From assembly GCA_012719595.1 (NCBI GenBank), contig JAAYAB010000052.1, forward strand, positions 1 to 55,434: 55,434 bases of DNA, given 5' to 3'. Shown one piece after another: positions 52,799-55,434 of the stretch (position 1 is the first letter of the stretch; each line of letters starts with the position of its first letter). The translations under genes were made by a program, and so were the position numbers. The notes beneath the pieces were generated by a model. The model was not told the DNA's origin. It did not search any database and saw only the letters and a program-made list of their open reading frames with translations. Source of the stretch: Bacillota bacterium (GTDB lineage Bacteria; Bacillota; DTU014).

Positions 52799-53917
52799 AT
52801 GAGTGCTGTGGAAAGCCGGCACATCGAGTGTCCTACGTCCATACTGGTCCTTCAGTTGTGCCCGATCGGAGACACGATGTTTGGCACACCGGCACTGAGA
52901 GCCCTCAGGCAGAGATTCAGAGACGCACACATATCTGTCTTGACCTGGCAGTCATCATGTGAGGTACTGAAGGGAAACCCGAATATCGACTGCCTCATTC
53001 CCTGCGTCGGAACACTGGACATGGCCAGAACTGTGAGCAAGCTCAAGTCGGCGGACATCGACCTGGTGGTCGGATTGTCCCACGTCGGGAGCTGGCTCTC
53101 TGCTGCCTTTCCTGGGGTGTTCAAGGTCGGCTTCAACTCGACGCGGCTTGGGTGGCTCTATGCGGAGCAGGTGCCGGATTCGAGAACAATCCACGCGATT
53201 GATTACTGCCTTCAGGTAGTTAGATCCGTCGGCGCCGTTGCGGACAGCCGCAGACTTGAGTTCTACATTTCTGACAAGGACAGAGATGTGGCTGCAAACT
53301 GGGCATCGGCAGAAGGAGTGACTTGGCGGAGGACGGTTGTGACCATACACCCCGGCGGCAAGAACTTCACAGCCAAGAGATGGCGCACGTCGGGCTTCGC
53401 GGCTGTTGCTGACCGCCTGGTCAAAGAGCTTGGCGCTGAGGTGATCATCGTCGGCGGCCCTGACGATGTTCCTTTGGCGCAGTCCATTGCCGATCAGGCC
53501 CGCTCGAGGGTGTTCATTGCCGCAGGCCGCCTCTCGTTGAAACAGACGGGCGCCCTGATAGAGCGCAGTGCACTGTTCATTGGCAATGACTCTGCGCCGC
53601 AGCACATCGCGTCGGCTCTCGACACTCCCGTCGTGGCACTGTTCGGCCCAACCGACCCGGACAACTTCGGACCGTCGTCGTCACTCTCTACCGTTGTGAC
53701 TGCCGGCCTGCCCTGCAGTCCGTGCTTCCACTGGATGGCGAGTCCGCTGCAGTACCTCTACCTGTCGTCGGTGAAGCGACTCGAGTGCAGGCACGAGTGT
53801 ATGTCAGAGATCAGTCCCGACCAAGTCATGTCAGCCGCACATCAGCTGCTTGATAGGGCTAGGCAGAGGTCTGCCGCAAGAACCGAACGGAAACTGACCG
53901 TGGTTCGGCGTGAGTAG
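52799..53917 (+). CDS. family 9 glycosyltransferase (heptosyltransferase-like)
   Basis: Motifs ILVLQLCPIGDTMFGTPALRAL, IHPGG...KRW and FIGNDSAPQHIASALDTPVVALFGPTDP. ATG 52799 gives the canonical N-terminal spacing. The ORF is open from 52748. Confidence 0.85.
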   Translation: MSAVESRHIECPTSILVLQLCPIGDTMFGTPALRALRQRFRDAHISVLTWQSSCEVLKGNPNIDCLIPCVGTLDMARTVSKLKSADIDLVVGLSHVGSWLSAAFPGVFKVGFNSTRLGWLYAEQVPDSRTIHAIDYCLQVVRSVGAVADSRRLEFYISDKDRDVAANWASAEGVTWRRTVVTIHPGGKNFTAKRWRTSGFAAVADRLVKELGAEVIIVGGPDDVPLAQSIADQARSRVFIAAGRLSLKQTGALIERSALFIGNDSAPQHIASALDTPVVALFGPTDPDNFGPSSSLSTVVTAGLPCSPCFHWMASPLQYLYLSSVKRLECRHECMSEISPDQVMSAAHQLLDRARQRSAARTERKLTVVRRE

Positions 53918-53969
53918 ACAGTGCGGGTCGTCCTCACTAAGGAACGGGCAATACAGAGGGTGATATGAC

Positions 53970-55058
53970 TTGGCACTTGCCTCCAAGGTCTCGCTCCAAA
54001 GAGGCCTGATTCTATCCATCGGAATAAGCATTGTAAGCATACTGCTGATTCTCGCGCTGAGTCGCGATGACTTCGAGGTCGAGTCACTCAAGAGAGTCAA
54101 GATCGAGTACTTGCTTCTCGGCCTGGTGGTCATAGTCGGTGCCTGGGCAACCAAGGTTCTGAGGCTCTACCTGCTGTGCAAATCGCTTGGCTATCCTATG
54201 GGCTACCGCCGCGTCTTCGACATCTACATGTCGGCAGTATTCGTATCCCATGTGACGCCCTTCACTTTCGGCGGTCTTCCTCTGCAGATCTATCTGATGC
54301 ACAAAGAGGGTATGCCTGTAGGGCGGTCATCCGCCGTAGGCGTCGTGGACTCTGCGCTGACGAGCTGCCTGCTTGTGGTGCTCGGCCCGGTCCTGCTGTA
54401 CCTTTGGAAGCGGGAGTACAGCCTGAGTCCCCAGGTCGACCGTCTGGTGGACGTGTCTATCGCCATAATGGTTGCTGTCGCCGTCGCGTTCGTCCTGCTC
54501 ATCGCCAGGCCCGAGTTGCCGGTAAGGTTCCTACGAAGACTGGCATCAATTCGCGGCTTCCGAAGGTTGTTCACCCCACAGAGAATTGAGAAGGCGATCA
54601 ACTACCTGCTCAGGGAAACGAAGCAATTCGCTGAGGCGGTTAAGGACATGTTCGGCCGCAGCAGGCTCGGGTTCATCCTCGCGATCATATGCACGTTGGT
54701 GTACTGGGTTCTCTACCTGGCAGTCGCGCCTGTGACGATGGTAGGGCTCGGGGTCAGAGTCCCGATCGTCCGAACGCTCCTGGCCCAGATAGTGTTCAAC
54801 ATAGTCCAGCCCTTCATACCCACTCCTGGCGGAAGCGGTGGATCTGAGATCGGCTTCGCCTTTCTCTTTCAGTCGGTGGTGCCCAAGGCAAGGCTCCCGC
54901 TATTCGTAAGCACCTGGCGGTTCTTCACCTATTACGCGAGCCTGGCTGTCGGCGGACTTCTGTTCTACAAAGCAGTTGGGCTAAACGTGCTAATGGCTGC
55001 AGCAAACGGAAAGCGAGAGGCCGGCTGCGGGCACAACGGAGGCAACGGGGACAAGTAA
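53970..55058 (+). CDS. UPF0104 / lysyl-PG-synthase-TM-like 'flippase-like' membrane protein
   Basis: 362-aa polytopic protein with the family signature IPTPGGSGGSEIGF. TTG start sits 6 nt after GAGGGTGA. Confidence 0.8.
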   Translation: MALASKVSLQRGLILSIGISIVSILLILALSRDDFEVESLKRVKIEYLLLGLVVIVGAWATKVLRLYLLCKSLGYPMGYRRVFDIYMSAVFVSHVTPFTFGGLPLQIYLMHKEGMPVGRSSAVGVVDSALTSCLLVVLGPVLLYLWKREYSLSPQVDRLVDVSIAIMVAVAVAFVLLIARPELPVRFLRRLASIRGFRRLFTPQRIEKAINYLLRETKQFAEAVKDMFGRSRLGFILAIICTLVYWVLYLAVAPVTMVGLGVRVPIVRTLLAQIVFNIVQPFIPTPGGSGGSEIGFAFLFQSVVPKARLPLFVSTWRFFTYYASLAVGGLLFYKAVGLNVLMAAANGKREAGCGHNGGNGDK

Positions 55059-55237
55059 GGGCCGCCCAAAAGGCAGCTGTCGCGGCCACCGCCGGGCGGA
55101 GCCAAGGCAGATTCGAGCGCCGGCAATTGCCATGAGGTGTAGGAGCCGAATTGGAGACGCCGACCGCCGCCGTGCAGGGCAAGAGGACGAAGGCGACAAG
55201 CCGACTGTCGCAGCGCGGCGTTAGGAAGGGGACCGAG

Positions 55238-55434
55238 ATGGAGCGCTTCGCGGAGACAAAGAGGAAGATCATAGGCATCGAAGAAGCGAAGGCGATGTCC
55301 AGCCGCCACCGCAAGGCAGGGGCCTCCGTCGGCCTGACTAACGGCTGCTTCGATATACTCCACAGCGGGCACCTGAGCTACCTCGAGAAGGCGCGAAGCA
55401 TGTGCGATGTCTTGATCGTAGGAGTCAACGACGA
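55238..55434 (+). CDS. rfaE2: D-glycero-beta-D-manno-heptose-1-phosphate adenylyltransferase (RfaE domain II); 3' end truncated by the window
   Basis: Absent from the ORF track. Hand translation from ATG 55238 (RBS AGGAAGGGGA) gives [66 protein letters not shown]. This matches the cytidylyltransferase motif [12 protein letters not shown] of the HldE C-terminal domain. Confidence 0.85.
   Translation, partial: MERFAETKRKIIGIEEAKAMSSRHRKAGASVGLTNGCFDILHSGHLSYLEKARSMCDVLIVGVND

Noticed and set aside
1-55434. CRISPR arrays, tRNA/rRNA genes, transposases, integrases, prophage or toxin-antitoxin modules.
   Set aside because: None were recognised on either strand. The only repeats seen are 11-18-nt intergenic tandem repeats with 2-3 copies. 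No cloverleaf-type GTTCGAATC-like T-arm motifs were noticed. This is a visual scan only, so tRNAscan or Infernal would be needed to be definitive.

Overview
This 55.4-kb window is a moderately GC-rich chromosomal segment from an endospore-forming Bacillota-type bacterium. I support 51 protein-coding genes.

Layout: the first 46 genes (1-49527) all lie on the minus strand, many with 1-13 nt start/stop overlaps. A short mixed-strand block follows at the right end.

Gene content is mostly core housekeeping and sporulation:
- Translation and growth control: rpe, rsgA, prkC, prpC, rlmN, trxA, hup.
- Division and envelope: a RodZ-like protein, ftsK/spoIIIE, a Na/Pi-PhoU transporter, uppP.
- RNA decay and the lysine/DPA branch: rnj, dapA, dapG, asd, dpaB, dapB.
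- Spore-associated envelope genes: an M16 peptidase and two polysaccharide deacetylases.
- A JAB-domain::DinG helicase fusion.
- A steA / mctB(steB)-like / GT2 / MraY-like four-gene module.
- spo0A, spoIVB, rsmB, fmt, def, priA, yqeG, an intact sigK.
- mltG, ruvX, an aldo-keto reductase-ferredoxin fusion, a 535-aa membrane protein, ireB, alaS.
- An AI-2E transporter and a PRC-barrel protein.
- Right end: mtlD, a PHP histidinol phosphatase, a GNAT, and a plus-strand heptose-type glycan cluster (GT9, UPF0104 flippase-like, rfaE domain II, truncated by the window edge).

I recognised no rRNA, tRNA, CRISPR array, transposase or integrase.

I see no clear self-contained novel system such as a defence island. 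The most unusual items are:
- the JAB/MPN-DinG fusion helicase;
- the translationally coupled steA-steB-GT2-GT4 module just downstream of spo0A;
- a membrane protein plus truncated-N-terminus FtsH-like AAA+ pair behind a structured 283-nt leader;
- a two-gene insertion inside the conserved ireB-ruvX-mltG cluster;
- dpaB without an adjacent dpaA;
- several short tandem repeats and structured leaders in intergenic regions.

All functional calls come from my own recognition of motifs in the translated ORFs. No database search was run.
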